A stretch of DNA of 64,000 nt from Alphaproteobacteria bacterium (GCA_018826515.1 JAHKAM010000063.1:26050-90049), one strand, 5' to 3'. Counted from the stretch's first letter, positions 1 to 8,734 are shown. A program made the numbers and translations. Notes: generated by a model from the letters alone, not told the origin.

Positions 1-548
1 CGCAAGGCCTCGAGCGGCAAGGGGGAGAGAGCCGCATCGACGCCGTCATCTGCGATGAGGCTCTGGTCGGCGCGGAAACGGGCGACCGCATGGGCGGCGC
101 CGAGCGTTGGGCCGACGACGCCCCGGCTGGTCACGCCGACGCCCTGGAGGCGCGCCGCCAGATCGCGCAGGAGCGCCGGCTCGCCTCCCTGAAGATGGGC
201 GGCGCCGGTGACGTCGATCGCCAGTCCATCCGGCGGATCGGCCTGGCACACAGGGGCGTAGCGGTGCATCGCCCACAGGGCGAGGCGATCCAGAGCCTCG
301 GCGTCGCCATGCGGATCGGCGTCTCTCACGTCCAGACCCGGGATCAGGGCCTGAGCCTGGGTTGCGGCCATGCCCACGCGTGCGCCGGAGCCGGCGGCGG
401 CGGCGTTGCAGGCCGTCACGACCCGCTTGCGACCGATCCGGCCCGTAAGGACGAGAGGATGCTCAGGCGGCGGCGCGTCGGCGCCCAACCGGCGGCGCAA
501 CCGATCGACGGGCCAGTTCGGCAGGAAGAGCGAGACGACCCGTCTCAT
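1..548 (-). CDS. imuB: Y-family DNA polymerase ImuB, N-terminal 182 codons (gene runs off the left edge)
   Basis: Absent from the ORF track because there is no stop in the window. Manual minus-strand translation from the ATG at 548-546 gives MRRVVSLFLPNWPVDRLRRRLGADAPPPEHPLVLTGRIGRKRVVTACNAAA...GMAATQAQALIPGL. This is the characteristic ImuB N-terminus. The frame stays open to position 1. Confidence 0.8.
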   Translation of the reverse strand, partial: MRRVVSLFLPNWPVDRLRRRLGADAPPPEHPLVLTGRIGRKRVVTACNAAAAGSGARVGMAATQAQALIPGLDVRDADPHGDAEALDRLALWAMHRYAPVCQADPPDGLAIDVTGAAHLQGGEPALLRDLAARLQGVGVTSRGVVGPTLGAAHAVARFRADQSLIADDGVDAALSPLPLEAL

Positions 549-1221
549 CACAAGCGTCCAGAATGAAGTCCGCCGCGTCGGCGCCGCGGCAACGCATAAG
601 TTCGATCCGCCATCGCGCCCGACCGATCCCGGGGACCGGCAAGGGCGCTGATGGCTCGGCGCTGACGCGCCAGCGCGTGGCGGCGGCGGTCGGCTGGCCG
701 AAGTCGGCGGCCTCCGCCGCCCGGCGCCATCGCCGGACCGCAAGGCCGATAACGCCCGACGCCTCGGCGGCCAGCTGCAGTCGGCGCGAGGCGGTCATGG
801 TCAGGCGGGACGTCTCGCAGACGACGCCCGCCAGCCCGCCATGGCGCAGGCCTTCCTCGAAACACGCCATCAGCGCCTTCTCGTCGCCCGCCTCGACGTA
901 GATGACCCGGTCCGGTCCCAGCCCCGCATGGCTGAGCGCGGGGGCGAACAGGTCGGGGCGGGTGATGCACCACAGAACCGGTCCGGGCAGACGGGCGACA
1001 ATGCCCGCCGCGAAAAGAGCGGCCGCCGCGCCGCCGACGGCGTCGTCGCCGCCCCCGGCCACCTCATGGAGCGCCCCGAGCGCGAGGCCTCCGCCCGGCA
1101 GGGCGGCGTCCAGTCTCGCCACCTCGAACGGCAGCACGCCGACCGCTCGACGGTCAGCCTGCTCCAGCGCGCGAACCTTGGCGCGCAAGTCCTCGAAGTG
1201 GGCCGAGCGGGCGGCCGGCAT
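463..1221 (-). CDS. imuA: ImuA (RecA-fold SOS mutagenesis protein). The likely start is the internal Met of ORF 463..1359.
   Basis: MPAARSAHFEDLRAKVRALEQ...LGALHEVAGGGDDAVGGAAAALFAAGIVARLPGPVLWCI matches the ImuA family pattern. A GAGGAGGAG Shine-Dalgarno sits 7 nt upstream of the ATG at 1221. ImuB follows immediately downstream. Confidence 0.75.
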   Translation of the reverse strand: MPAARSAHFEDLRAKVRALEQADRRAVGVLPFEVARLDAALPGGGLALGALHEVAGGGDDAVGGAAAALFAAGIVARLPGPVLWCITRPDLFAPALSHAGLGPDRVIYVEAGDEKALMACFEEGLRHGGLAGVVCETSRLTMTASRRLQLAAEASGVIGLAVRRWRRAAEAADFGQPTAAATRWRVSAEPSAPLPVPGIGRARWRIELMRCRGADAADFILDACDETGRLALPAELARRSVAPPVGRRRAAA

Positions 1222-1248
1222 GGACGAACTCCTCCTCGCCTCTATAAT

Positions 1249-1263
1249 GTTCCTGAAATGTTC
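1249..1263. promoter_or_regulatory. Alphaproteobacterial LexA (SOS) box, GTTC-N7-GTTC
   Basis: The sequence GTTCctgaaatGTTC is read directly at 1249-1263, in the divergent imuA / SRAP intergenic region. It lies 28 nt upstream of the imuA ATG. Confidence 0.6.
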
Positions 1264-1372
1264 TGGTTCGAAGGTGAGGTCGGAGTCAATCCGGCCGGCG
1301 CCTTTTCCCCCGGGATTTGCGGCGACCCCGGAGCCGTGAAATCCTCGGCTCGACGTCACGGGAGCTCAGGTC

Positions 1373-1951
1373 ATGTGCAACGAATACCAACTCATCCTGC
1401 CGTTCGACGATGTGATTGCGGCGTTCAATCTGACGGGAAACCGGCTCGTCTTTCCCGGCGGCATGCCGAACTTCGGCCCGATGGCCTCGATCCGCATCGG
1501 GGATCGGGCCCCGATCATCCAGATGGGGGCGGAGGGGCCCGAGGCCGTCATGACCCCCTGGGCCTGGAAGGGGCCGGGCGGACGCCCGGTCTTCAACTTC
1601 CGCTCCGACGGGCGATCCTTCGAGGGCTCGCACCGGTGCCTGATCCCGGCGGACGGCTTCTTCGAGTTCACCGACCCTGAACCCGGGCAGAAGCGAAAGA
1701 CCAAATGGCGCTTCACCCTGTCAGGCCAGCGGCTCTTCTGGGTGGCGGGCCTGATCAAGGAGGGCGCCTTCGCCATGCTGACCACCGAGCCGGGGGAGGA
1801 TATTGCCCCCTATCACGACCGGCAGATCGTGGTGCTTCGGCCCGAGGACGGGGCGGCCTGGCTCGACCTCCAGCGGCCCCAGACCGAACTGTTGCGGGCT
1901 CTGCCCGCCGGGAGCCTCGACGTCGAGAAGGTCTTCCCCGCCGCAGCCTGA
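1373..1951 (+). CDS. SOS response-associated peptidase (SRAP/YedK family)
   Basis: The N-terminal MCNEY supplies the catalytic Cys2 typical of SRAP/DUF159. Length is 192 aa. The gene is divergent from imuAB. Confidence 0.85.
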   Translation: MCNEYQLILPFDDVIAAFNLTGNRLVFPGGMPNFGPMASIRIGDRAPIIQMGAEGPEAVMTPWAWKGPGGRPVFNFRSDGRSFEGSHRCLIPADGFFEFTDPEPGQKRKTKWRFTLSGQRLFWVAGLIKEGAFAMLTTEPGEDIAPYHDRQIVVLRPEDGAAWLDLQRPQTELLRALPAGSLDVEKVFPAAA

Positions 1952-2298
1952 GCGCCGGGTTGAGCCTGGGCGGGTCGGGGCCTGACCGACCATGCCGGGG
2001 GCCAATGGCGATGACGGGGTGTTCGGGGCGGCCGGGGTCTCACATCCTTTTCGCGCCAGCCGGCGCGGCCTCTCGATGAGGCGGATCTGACCGAAACCCG
2101 GTCGGCTGGCGCAACCGCTTGCGCGACTTTCATCCCCGGCCTGACGGCCTTCCTCGCGAAACAAGAAAGTCTCTTGTCGCGGTCCTCCGCTTCGCTGCGG
2201 GGGCTCGCTCCGCTCTCCCTGCGCGCCGCCCGGGCCCCGGTCTCCCGATCGCCATCGAGGCCGCGGCAGGCGTGGCCCGAAGCAAAGGAGAGACTGAC

Positions 2299-2592
2299 AT
2301 GGCCACCATCGGCACCTTCACCGCCCAAGGCGACGGCTACACCGGTTCGATCAAGACCCTCACCCTGAACGTCAAGACGGCGGTTCTTCGGCCCAACGAG
2401 AAGACCGACGACAAGGCCCCCGACTTCCGGATCTTCGCCGGCCAGACCGAGTTCGGCGCCGCCTGGAAGCGCAAGAGCCAGCAAGACCGCGACTACCTCT
2501 CGGTCAAGCTCGACGATCCCAGCTTCCCGGGACCGATCTACGCCTCCCTGGTGGAGGTCGAGGGCGGACACAGCCTGATCTGGTCCCGCTGA
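2299..2592 (+). CDS. DUF736 domain protein (conjugative-element leading-region protein)
   Basis: [26 protein letters not shown]...APDFRIFAG...[24 protein letters not shown] is the conserved DUF736 pattern. An AAGGAG RBS lies at 2285-2290. The start is the internal Met of ORF 2119..2592. Confidence 0.8.
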   Translation: MATIGTFTAQGDGYTGSIKTLTLNVKTAVLRPNEKTDDKAPDFRIFAGQTEFGAAWKRKSQQDRDYLSVKLDDPSFPGPIYASLVEVEGGHSLIWSR

Positions 2593-2664
2593 CCCAAGAG
2601 CCGCGGCGGCGCGGAGACCGCGCCGTCGCTCCTTCTTCCCACACTCCGTTTCGAGGAGGCCGCC

Positions 2665-3549
2665 ATGACGCGCCCCGCCAATCCCGCACGCCCGGAAATC
2701 CATACCCGGATCACCCAACAGATCATCGCTCAGCTCGAAGCCGGGGTCCGCCCCTGGACCCAGCCCTGGAAGGCCTCGATCTCCGTCAGCCGCCCGCTCC
2801 GCCATGATGGGACGCCCTACAACGGCATCAATGTCGTCCTGCTCTGGGGCGAAGCGGCCAGCCGGGGTTTCAGCCGCTCCACCTGGATGACCTTCCGTCA
2901 GGCGCTGGCCCTCGGCGCCCACGTTCGCAAGGGCGAACGCGGCGCGACGGTCGTCTACACCAACCAGATCGTCCGTGAGGACACCGACGACACGGGAGCG
3001 GAGGTCCAGCAACGCATCCCGTTTCTGAGGGCCTACACCGTCTTCAACGTCGATCAGATCGAAGGCCTGCCGGAGCGCTACGGCGAACCGGAGACGATCG
3101 AGATCAATCCGGACGAGCGGATCGCCCGCATCGACGCCTTCTTCAGACACTGCGGCGCCGAGGTCCGGCACGGCGGCGGCAGCGCCTACTACGCCCCGGG
3201 TCCGGACCATGTGCAGATGCCGCCGTTCGAATGTTTCGAGACGGCGGACGACTACTACAGCACCCTCGGCCACGAGATGACCCACTGGACGCGCCATCCC
3301 ACCCGTCTCGATCGGGACCTGGGCCGTCAGCGCTTCGGCGACGCCGGCTATGCCCGCGAAGAGCTGGTCGCCGAGCTCGGCGCCGCCTTCCTCTGCGCGG
3401 ACCTCGGGCTCGCCCTCGAACCGCGCGAGGACCACGCGGCCTATATCGCCAACTGGCTCGAGGTCCTGAAGGACGACAAGCGCTTCATCGTCTCGGCGGC
3501 CTCGCACGCGCAGAAGGCGGTCGACCATCTGCACGGTCTGCAGCCCTGA
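2665..3549 (+). CDS. ardC: ArdC-like antirestriction protein (N-terminal ssDNA-binding DUF1738 plus zincin metalloprotease domain)
   Basis: ITQQIIAQLEAGVRPWTQPW N-terminal motif and an HEMTHW (HExxH) metalloprotease motif. Confidence 0.85.
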   Translation: MTRPANPARPEIHTRITQQIIAQLEAGVRPWTQPWKASISVSRPLRHDGTPYNGINVVLLWGEAASRGFSRSTWMTFRQALALGAHVRKGERGATVVYTNQIVREDTDDTGAEVQQRIPFLRAYTVFNVDQIEGLPERYGEPETIEINPDERIARIDAFFRHCGAEVRHGGGSAYYAPGPDHVQMPPFECFETADDYYSTLGHEMTHWTRHPTRLDRDLGRQRFGDAGYAREELVAELGAAFLCADLGLALEPREDHAAYIANWLEVLKDDKRFIVSAASHAQKAVDHLHGLQP

Positions 3550-3558
3550 GGCCGGGAC

Positions 3559-3587
3559 GGGCCGACGAGCCGTCGGCCCGTTTCTTC
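3559..3587. terminator. Bidirectional intrinsic terminator between the convergent ardC and DUF3800-like genes
   Basis: Perfect 9-bp stem GGGCCGACG / CGTCGGCCC with a 3-nt loop, followed by gTTTCTTC. Confidence 0.65.
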
Positions 3588-4713
3588 AGAAGTCGAGGAA
3601 GATCGCGCCCTTCTGTCGGTCCGCGAGGCTGACGACTGTGTGCGTGAACGCCGCGTTCTCGGCGTAGCTGGCCTCGAGAAGACCGATGAGGCGCTCCCGG
3701 TTGCGCGCCTGGGCCGGGCTCAGGGCGGCCTTCAAATCCCGAACCTCGTCCTCGTCCACACTGGAGATCCAGCTGAAGAATTTGGCGAGGAAGCCGACCA
3801 TTACATCGGAGACCTGGACGCCGGGATCGTCATGCGACCTCTCGACGAAGCGATAGTTGCAAAAGGGGGCGTCGCCGTCGGTCAACGTCATCCGGGCGAG
3901 CTCGCCGGAGACGACGTCCTCGGCGTCGAAGACGTGGTGCGCATTCTTCAGAATGCAGATGCGCTCCAGGAAGAAGTCCCGGAAGCCGTCGATCAGAACC
4001 CGCGCCTCCCCGCCCTCGATGAAGGGCAGGGGATGGTGGCGTCCCATCTGCAGCAGGCCCCGCAGCATCTGGTAGCCGAAATGATCCAGCAGACCGGCGT
4101 GATCTTCCGCGAAGGTGATCAGCTCGGTCATGAAGGCGCGTCGGTTTTCCGGCTTCAGGTCCGGATAGTCGAATCGGGCCATCAGGGCCGCGGTCCGGGC
4201 CCGGTCGGCGCGAAGCACGGTGCAGAGGTCCGACTTAAGGGTTTCCCCGAAGCCGTCCGGCATCTCCCCGGCCGCCAGCACCGAGTCGACGACGTCGACG
4301 ACGGACCAGTAGAAGGGGTCGAGCGCGAGGTAGTGGACGAGGAGGTTTTCCTCCAGCGCCCAGTCGAGAAACGTCTCCAGCTTCCTCGACCCGAGGACCT
4401 TCGGAAACTCGCCCCGGCCGAAGAGCGCGAAATGCAGCTCCTCGGCGTTGGGCTGGATGAAGGCCCGCGCCCTCAGCGGCGCGACATCGATCGGGGTCGA
4501 ATCCCGACGACCGAGACCGCCGAGCACCCAGCAGTTCAGGTCCGGGACGTTGAAGGCGTCGGCCTGGAGATGCAGTCGCCGGATGTTGTTCGTTTCGTCG
4601 TAGTAGAGCCAGTAGGCCCGGTCGGCGTCAACCAGGCCGTGCGCCTCGATGGACGGCCGCCTCAGCGCGTTCACGTCGACGACCCGTCTCGTCGGCTTGG
4701 AAGGCTCGCTCAT
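3586..4713 (-). CDS. DUF3800-like protein (375 aa), second gene of the Abi module
   Basis: The start MSEPSKP at 4713 overlaps the stop of the upstream Abi gene (ATGA). N-terminal YWLYYDETNN and C-terminal DDPGVQVSDVMVGFLAKF resemble the DUF3800 DE... / ...Q.aD motifs. The 573-aa track ORF is an Arg/Pro-rich over-extension. Confidence 0.55.
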   Translation of the reverse strand: MSEPSKPTRRVVDVNALRRPSIEAHGLVDADRAYWLYYDETNNIRRLHLQADAFNVPDLNCWVLGGLGRRDSTPIDVAPLRARAFIQPNAEELHFALFGRGEFPKVLGSRKLETFLDWALEENLLVHYLALDPFYWSVVDVVDSVLAAGEMPDGFGETLKSDLCTVLRADRARTAALMARFDYPDLKPENRRAFMTELITFAEDHAGLLDHFGYQMLRGLLQMGRHHPLPFIEGGEARVLIDGFRDFFLERICILKNAHHVFDAEDVVSGELARMTLTDGDAPFCNYRFVERSHDDPGVQVSDVMVGFLAKFFSWISSVDEDEVRDLKAALSPAQARNRERLIGLLEASYAENAAFTHTVVSLADRQKGAIFLDF

Positions 4714-5393
4714 GCCTCGTCCTTGCCGGGACGGGGCAGGGCGAGACGTTCGGCCGGGTGGACCTCGGGGAAGCGATCGACCGTCCCGCGCCAGTCGTCC
4801 ATCGCCGGCGACAGCCAGCGGGTCATCTCCAGCATGGCCTGATGCAGCTTGGGCAGGTTCCAGTAGAGAATGGGTTCGTGGTGGGCGATCCGGTTCCGCA
4901 GGAGCCGCACCTGCGTCAGTCGCGCCGTGAAGTCCTTCCGGGCCAGGAAGCGGCCCTCCCGCGTGGCGATCCTGTGCAGGGTGCGCTTCCACAGATCGTC
5001 CTGCTCCCGCCCGAACATCGAGGTCCAGAAGCTGAAGGTCAGGGCGGCGACCACGCGGCCGTCCTCGATCGGCTTGCCCGCCTCGGTCAGCTCGGCGATC
5101 GCCGTGCGCACCTGTTCGGCCTGACGGTCGGTGACGTGACCGGCCTCGGGCTGGAACCATCCCGGGCCATGGGCCTCGGACATCACCGTATGGATGCGAT
5201 TGCGCAGCGCGACCTCCAGGGCCTGGAGGGGCACATAGAGGGCTTCGGAGACCTGGGTGTTCAGCGTATAGAGGGCCACGGCGCGCTCGCGGTCGCCTTC
5301 CGCCCACGCGACATAACGGGCGAAGCGTTCGAGAGAGAGCGCGGCTTCCACCGCATCGGCGTCGGCCGCCGGCCTTGCGTCGGGGTGGGTCAT
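4710..5393 (-). CDS. Abi-like protein (Abi_2 / AbiD-AbiF family)
   Basis: FARYVAW...ALYTLNTQVSEALYVPLQALEVALRNRIH...FSFWTSMF...LRNRIAHHEPI is the Abi_2 family pattern. Confidence 0.7.
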   Translation of the reverse strand: MTHPDARPAADADAVEAALSLERFARYVAWAEGDRERAVALYTLNTQVSEALYVPLQALEVALRNRIHTVMSEAHGPGWFQPEAGHVTDRQAEQVRTAIAELTEAGKPIEDGRVVAALTFSFWTSMFGREQDDLWKRTLHRIATREGRFLARKDFTARLTQVRLLRNRIAHHEPILYWNLPKLHQAMLEMTRWLSPAMDDWRGTVDRFPEVHPAERLALPRPGKDEA

Positions 5394-5476
5394 GGATTAT
5401 CTCTACCTGCGTACACCCCGGGATCGCCTCTGCTGCAAAGCATGCCCCCGGGGTAAATCAATTCTGGGCCCTGACG

Positions 5477-5977
5477 TTACGGCTGGCGCAGTCCCACCGG
5501 AGTGGAGACGCGAAGCCGGGCGGCCTCCCGATCCTTGCGCGCCTGGGTGAACTCGGGTTCGAGCTTGCGGACCCGTTCGATCAAACCATCGAGATGATAG
5601 ACGTTGGAGGCCCAGTCGCCGGCCGCCGTCTTGCGCATCTCGCGACGCACCAGACCGGCCTGTTCAAGCTGGCGCATATTGGTCTGGATGGTCTTCGGCT
5701 TCACGCCGATGCGGCGGCCGAGTTCCGCCCGCGACGGGAAGGGGGCGCGGTTCGGGTCCCGGTAATAGTCCAGCAGCTGAACCAGGATGTTGAACTGCAT
5801 CGCGGTCAGACCCAGTCGCGACTGCGCCTGAATCAGGATCGACGGGATACCGGCATAGCCGTTGGCGATGACCGCCTTGCCCCAGATCCGGTCCTGCGAC
5901 GCGGCGGTCTTGGCGGGGGGCGGGGCGGGGACGAGCGGCGGGAACGGCACGATGCTCGGCGAGGCGGGGGTGGACAT
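5477..5977 (-). CDS. Winged-helix DNA-binding protein (MarR/DnaD-like HTH)
   Basis: LTAMQFNILVQLLDYY...SRAELGRRIGVKPKTIQTNMRQLEQAGLVRR is a wHTH pattern. The gene lies upstream of, and co-oriented with, the Abi gene. Confidence 0.55.
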   Translation of the reverse strand: MSTPASPSIVPFPPLVPAPPPAKTAASQDRIWGKAVIANGYAGIPSILIQAQSRLGLTAMQFNILVQLLDYYRDPNRAPFPSRAELGRRIGVKPKTIQTNMRQLEQAGLVRREMRKTAAGDWASNVYHLDGLIERVRKLEPEFTQARKDREAARLRVSTPVGLRQP

Positions 5978-6289
5978 GGCGGAAACTCCTTCCCCACGAA
6001 CCTATGGGTGCGATGGGCGGCGAACAAGGTTCCGGGGTTGCGGAGGTATGGCGCCGTCATGACCTACCTGACTGGGTATGCTTACGATCGTTACGCCAGA
6101 TGCGCTGCTTAACGTCTTGCTGATTCAGCGGCAGGCTGAGGACCCAGGTGGGGTTCGCACGAGCCCCACCGGTAGGGCAGGAAAAAGACCCACCCTCCGA
6201 GCGGGCGCGCCGCGAGGTCTTCCTCTTCCCGCTTGGTTGGGGCGCCCTTCAGGGCGGCGGGCGAGCGGCCGGAACCGGCCGCCGAGGGG

Positions 6290-6385
6290 AGGGCGGGCAG
6301 CCCCGTAGGCCTACGGGGCGAAGGGGGTGAGAGTCTAGGGCAGGATAGGCTTTGCGCCGGCAATGTCTGACAGACCCACTCCCTA
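6290..6385. promoter_or_regulatory. Candidate origin of transfer (oriT)
   Basis: - Perfect 18-bp palindrome CCCCGTAGGCCTACGGGG at 6301-6318.
- On the minus strand at 6338-6349, CCTATCCTGCCC matches the RP4/MOBP nic core YATCCTG|Y.
- An 11-bp palindrome GTCTGACAGAC at 6365-6375.
- Location directly upstream of mobC and the relaxase gene. Confidence 0.4.
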
Positions 6386-6906
6386 TGGATCGCCTCACCC
6401 TTCGTGTCCCGCCCGACCTGATCCGCCGCTTCGACGCCGCCGCGGCCTCGAGCGGCGGACGCGCGCGGCTCCTTCGACGGCTGATGGAGGCGGCGGCCCA
6501 GGCGCCGTTTCCCGAGGCCCCGACGGCACCGCCCGCGCGCCTGGCGGCCAAATTGGGTCTGCGGCTGACCCTCGCGGACATGGTCGCCCTGGAGCGCGAG
6601 GCGGCCTTGAGAGGGCAGTCCCGAACACAATGGGCCGTGGCCCTGATCCGTGCGCGGCTGCATGGTCAACCCCAGCTCGGCCGTGGCGAGGCGATCGCCT
6701 TTCTGGAGGTGCAGCGCGAGCTTCGGCGGATCGGCGTCAACATCAACCAGATCGCCCGGGCCCTGAACACGGCCGTGATGGAGGGCGCGGTGCTGGACCT
6801 GGAGGTCGCTCAGCTGGACGCCTACGTCCATGAAATCCGCGCGCACCTGGTCGGGGTGCGGGAGGCCTTCGCGGGAAACCTGTCGTACTGGTCCCCCGAA
6901 CCATGA
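6385..6906 (+). CDS. mobC: MobC-family relaxosome accessory protein
   Basis: RRIGVNINQIARALN motif and an RHH-like N-terminus (MDRLTLRVPPDLIRRFD). The 3' end overlaps the relaxase start. The start is the internal Met of ORF 6352..6906. Confidence 0.75.
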   Translation: MDRLTLRVPPDLIRRFDAAAASSGGRARLLRRLMEAAAQAPFPEAPTAPPARLAAKLGLRLTLADMVALEREAALRGQSRTQWAVALIRARLHGQPQLGRGEAIAFLEVQRELRRIGVNINQIARALNTAVMEGAVLDLEVAQLDAYVHEIRAHLVGVREAFAGNLSYWSPEP

Positions 6907-7907
6907 CCGACTTTCGCGTCCCGTCCGGCTTCGAGGAGGCGCTGCGTCCTCCCGTCCGCATGCGGCGGGCGAGGCTGGCGCACGCGGTGCTGCGGGTCAC
7001 GCGGGGGAAGGGAAGCGAGCCGGCGAACGCCAGGCTTCAGCGCGTCGCGCGCCGTGTTCCGGAGGTGATGGTCAAGATCACCGGACGAACGCGGGACGGC
7101 GGCCATCTGCAGCGCCACCTGGACTACATTACCCGAAACGGAAAACTGGTCCTGGAGGGACCCGACGGCGAGCGTCTGTCCGGACCGGCGGAGGTTCGCG
7201 CCCTGGCCGAGGACTGGCGTGCCGAACTGGATGTGCTGGCGTCCCGAAAGGATACCCCGGTTTCTCTGTCGATCGTTCTGAGCATGCCGGCGGGTGTCGA
7301 TCCCGGCCGGGTCCACGATGCCTCGCGCGCCTTCGCGGACGCCCTGTTCGGCGATCGACATCCCTATGTCTTCGCCCTCCACACGGATGATCGTCACCCC
7401 CACGTCCATCTCACAGTCCGGGCGCTGGGACGTGATGGGGAAAGGCTCAATCCGCGCAAGGCGGACCTCCAGCTCTGGCGCGAGACGTTCGCGGCGGCCC
7501 TGCGCGATCGCGGCGTCGAGGCCGAAGCCACCCCCCGACGCGCGCGTGGCGTGGTGCGCAAGAGCGAACGCACGCCCGTTCGGAAGCTGCGTGAGCGGTT
7601 CGAGCGTGGAGAGGGGGCGATGCCGGAGACCCTCAAGGGCGCCTTGAAAGACGCGGCCCGGTCGCCGGCGGAAGCGGCGCCTTGGGAAGTCCGACTGCGC
7701 CAAAGACAGGCGCAGATCCGCAAAGCGCTCGTGGTCGAGGCCTTGCGGCTCCAGGCGTCGAAGACAGACGCGGACCGGACATTAGGGCGAGATCTGGAGG
7801 TATTCGTCCGGACCCTGCCGCCCGTCGCGACCCGGCGGGAAATCCTCGCCCGGGCGCTCGGCGAAGATCAGGGACGGAAAGAGCGGGGCAGAGCTCGGAC
7901 CCGTTGA
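6903..7907 (+). CDS. Relaxase / mobilisation nuclease (MobA/VirD2 family)
   Basis: HTDDRHPHVHLTV histidine triad. LQRHLDYITRNG supplies a candidate catalytic Tyr. Confidence 0.85.
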   Translation: MTDFRVPSGFEEALRPPVRMRRARLAHAVLRVTRGKGSEPANARLQRVARRVPEVMVKITGRTRDGGHLQRHLDYITRNGKLVLEGPDGERLSGPAEVRALAEDWRAELDVLASRKDTPVSLSIVLSMPAGVDPGRVHDASRAFADALFGDRHPYVFALHTDDRHPHVHLTVRALGRDGERLNPRKADLQLWRETFAAALRDRGVEAEATPRRARGVVRKSERTPVRKLRERFERGEGAMPETLKGALKDAARSPAEAAPWEVRLRQRQAQIRKALVVEALRLQASKTDADRTLGRDLEVFVRTLPPVATRREILARALGEDQGRKERGRARTR

Positions 7908-8089
7908 CGAGGTCACAAGAGACTCCACACCTCAACTGAACGGAGCCTCAAGGGTCGAGGGAAGCTCTCAATCCGGGAGCTGATCGGTTACCCACCGCGG
8001 GGGACCATGAGGGAAGTCGCCTCCAGCTGACGGATCAGTGCCTGCTATCCGCCATGAAGGCTATGACGGCTCCCGACCCGTTGCAGACC

Positions 8090-8713
8090 TTATTCAGGGT
8101 CAGCGCGAAGCATCGACATAATGTGCGAGATGAATGCTTCGTCTGAAAGATCGGCGTCACCGGTGACGGAGACCGCATCGCGTACTTCAATCTGACTTTC
8201 CAGCCAGAACTGAATGAGACCGCCGCTCATCACCAAGGCCAGTCCAGGGGGGAGATCGTCGCGAACGACACCTTCGACCTGGGCCTTCTGCATGAAGGCG
8301 ACGCCGTACCGGGTCATCTGCTCGGAGCGGTCGATCCTCTCGTCGGTGAGGCCGTCCAGACGTCGCCACCTGTTGAACCTGAAAGCCAGTGGACGGTCGC
8401 CCCAGAACTCGAGGTAACCCCGCAGCATCGCGACCATCCCGGCGTCTGACGGCTTCGTCGGATCGACAGCGCCGCTCATGAAGGCGATGAAGTCGGAGGT
8501 GATGCGCTCGCCGACTGCGCGCCATAGACCTTCCTTACCACCGAAGTGATGGTTCAGAAGGGGCTGCGATACGCCCGCCTTCAGGGCGATCGCCCGCGTG
8601 CCCGCACCATGAAAGCCATGAGCCGCGAAGACCTCTAGCGCGGCGTCCATGATGACGTTGCGGGCGTCTCCCTCGGCGAATGCTCGACTCAACTCAGACA
8701 GCAGCGCCTCCAT
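8090..8713 (-). CDS. TetR/AcrR family transcriptional regulator
   Basis: IMDAALEVFAAHGFHGAGTRAIALKAGVSQPLLNHHFGGKEGLW is the TetR HTH. Confidence 0.85.
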   Translation of the reverse strand: MEALLSELSRAFAEGDARNVIMDAALEVFAAHGFHGAGTRAIALKAGVSQPLLNHHFGGKEGLWRAVGERITSDFIAFMSGAVDPTKPSDAGMVAMLRGYLEFWGDRPLAFRFNRWRRLDGLTDERIDRSEQMTRYGVAFMQKAQVEGVVRDDLPPGLALVMSGGLIQFWLESQIEVRDAVSVTGDADLSDEAFISHIMSMLRADPE

Positions 8714-8734
8714 CAGCTTCGAGCCCTAATCGCA

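Noticed and set aside
1813-3534. 573-aa ORF on the minus strand
   Set aside because: It lies antisense to the well-supported DUF736 and ArdC genes. Its composition is Arg/Gly/Ala/Asp-rich with no recognisable motifs. This is a typical shadow ORF of high-GC DNA.
4714-5307. N-terminal 198 codons of the 573-aa track ORF 3586..5307
   Set aside because: This part overlaps the Abi_2 gene in another frame and is Arg/Pro/Gly junk. The internal ATG at 4713 forms an ATGA overlap with the Abi stop, and the sequence becomes protein-like only from there. Similar N-terminal over-extensions were trimmed for 14186..15289, 15907..17133, 17779..20388, 20657..21625, 49985..51484 and 53457..54839.
6147-6170. 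GGTGGGG-N10-CCCCACC with an internal GTTCG, superficially like a tRNA T-arm
   Set aside because: The loop has the wrong length and sequence for a T-loop (TTCGCACGAG rather than TTCRANY). No acceptor, D or anticodon arms can be built around it. I treated it as an ordinary inverted repeat in the oriT-proximal gap.
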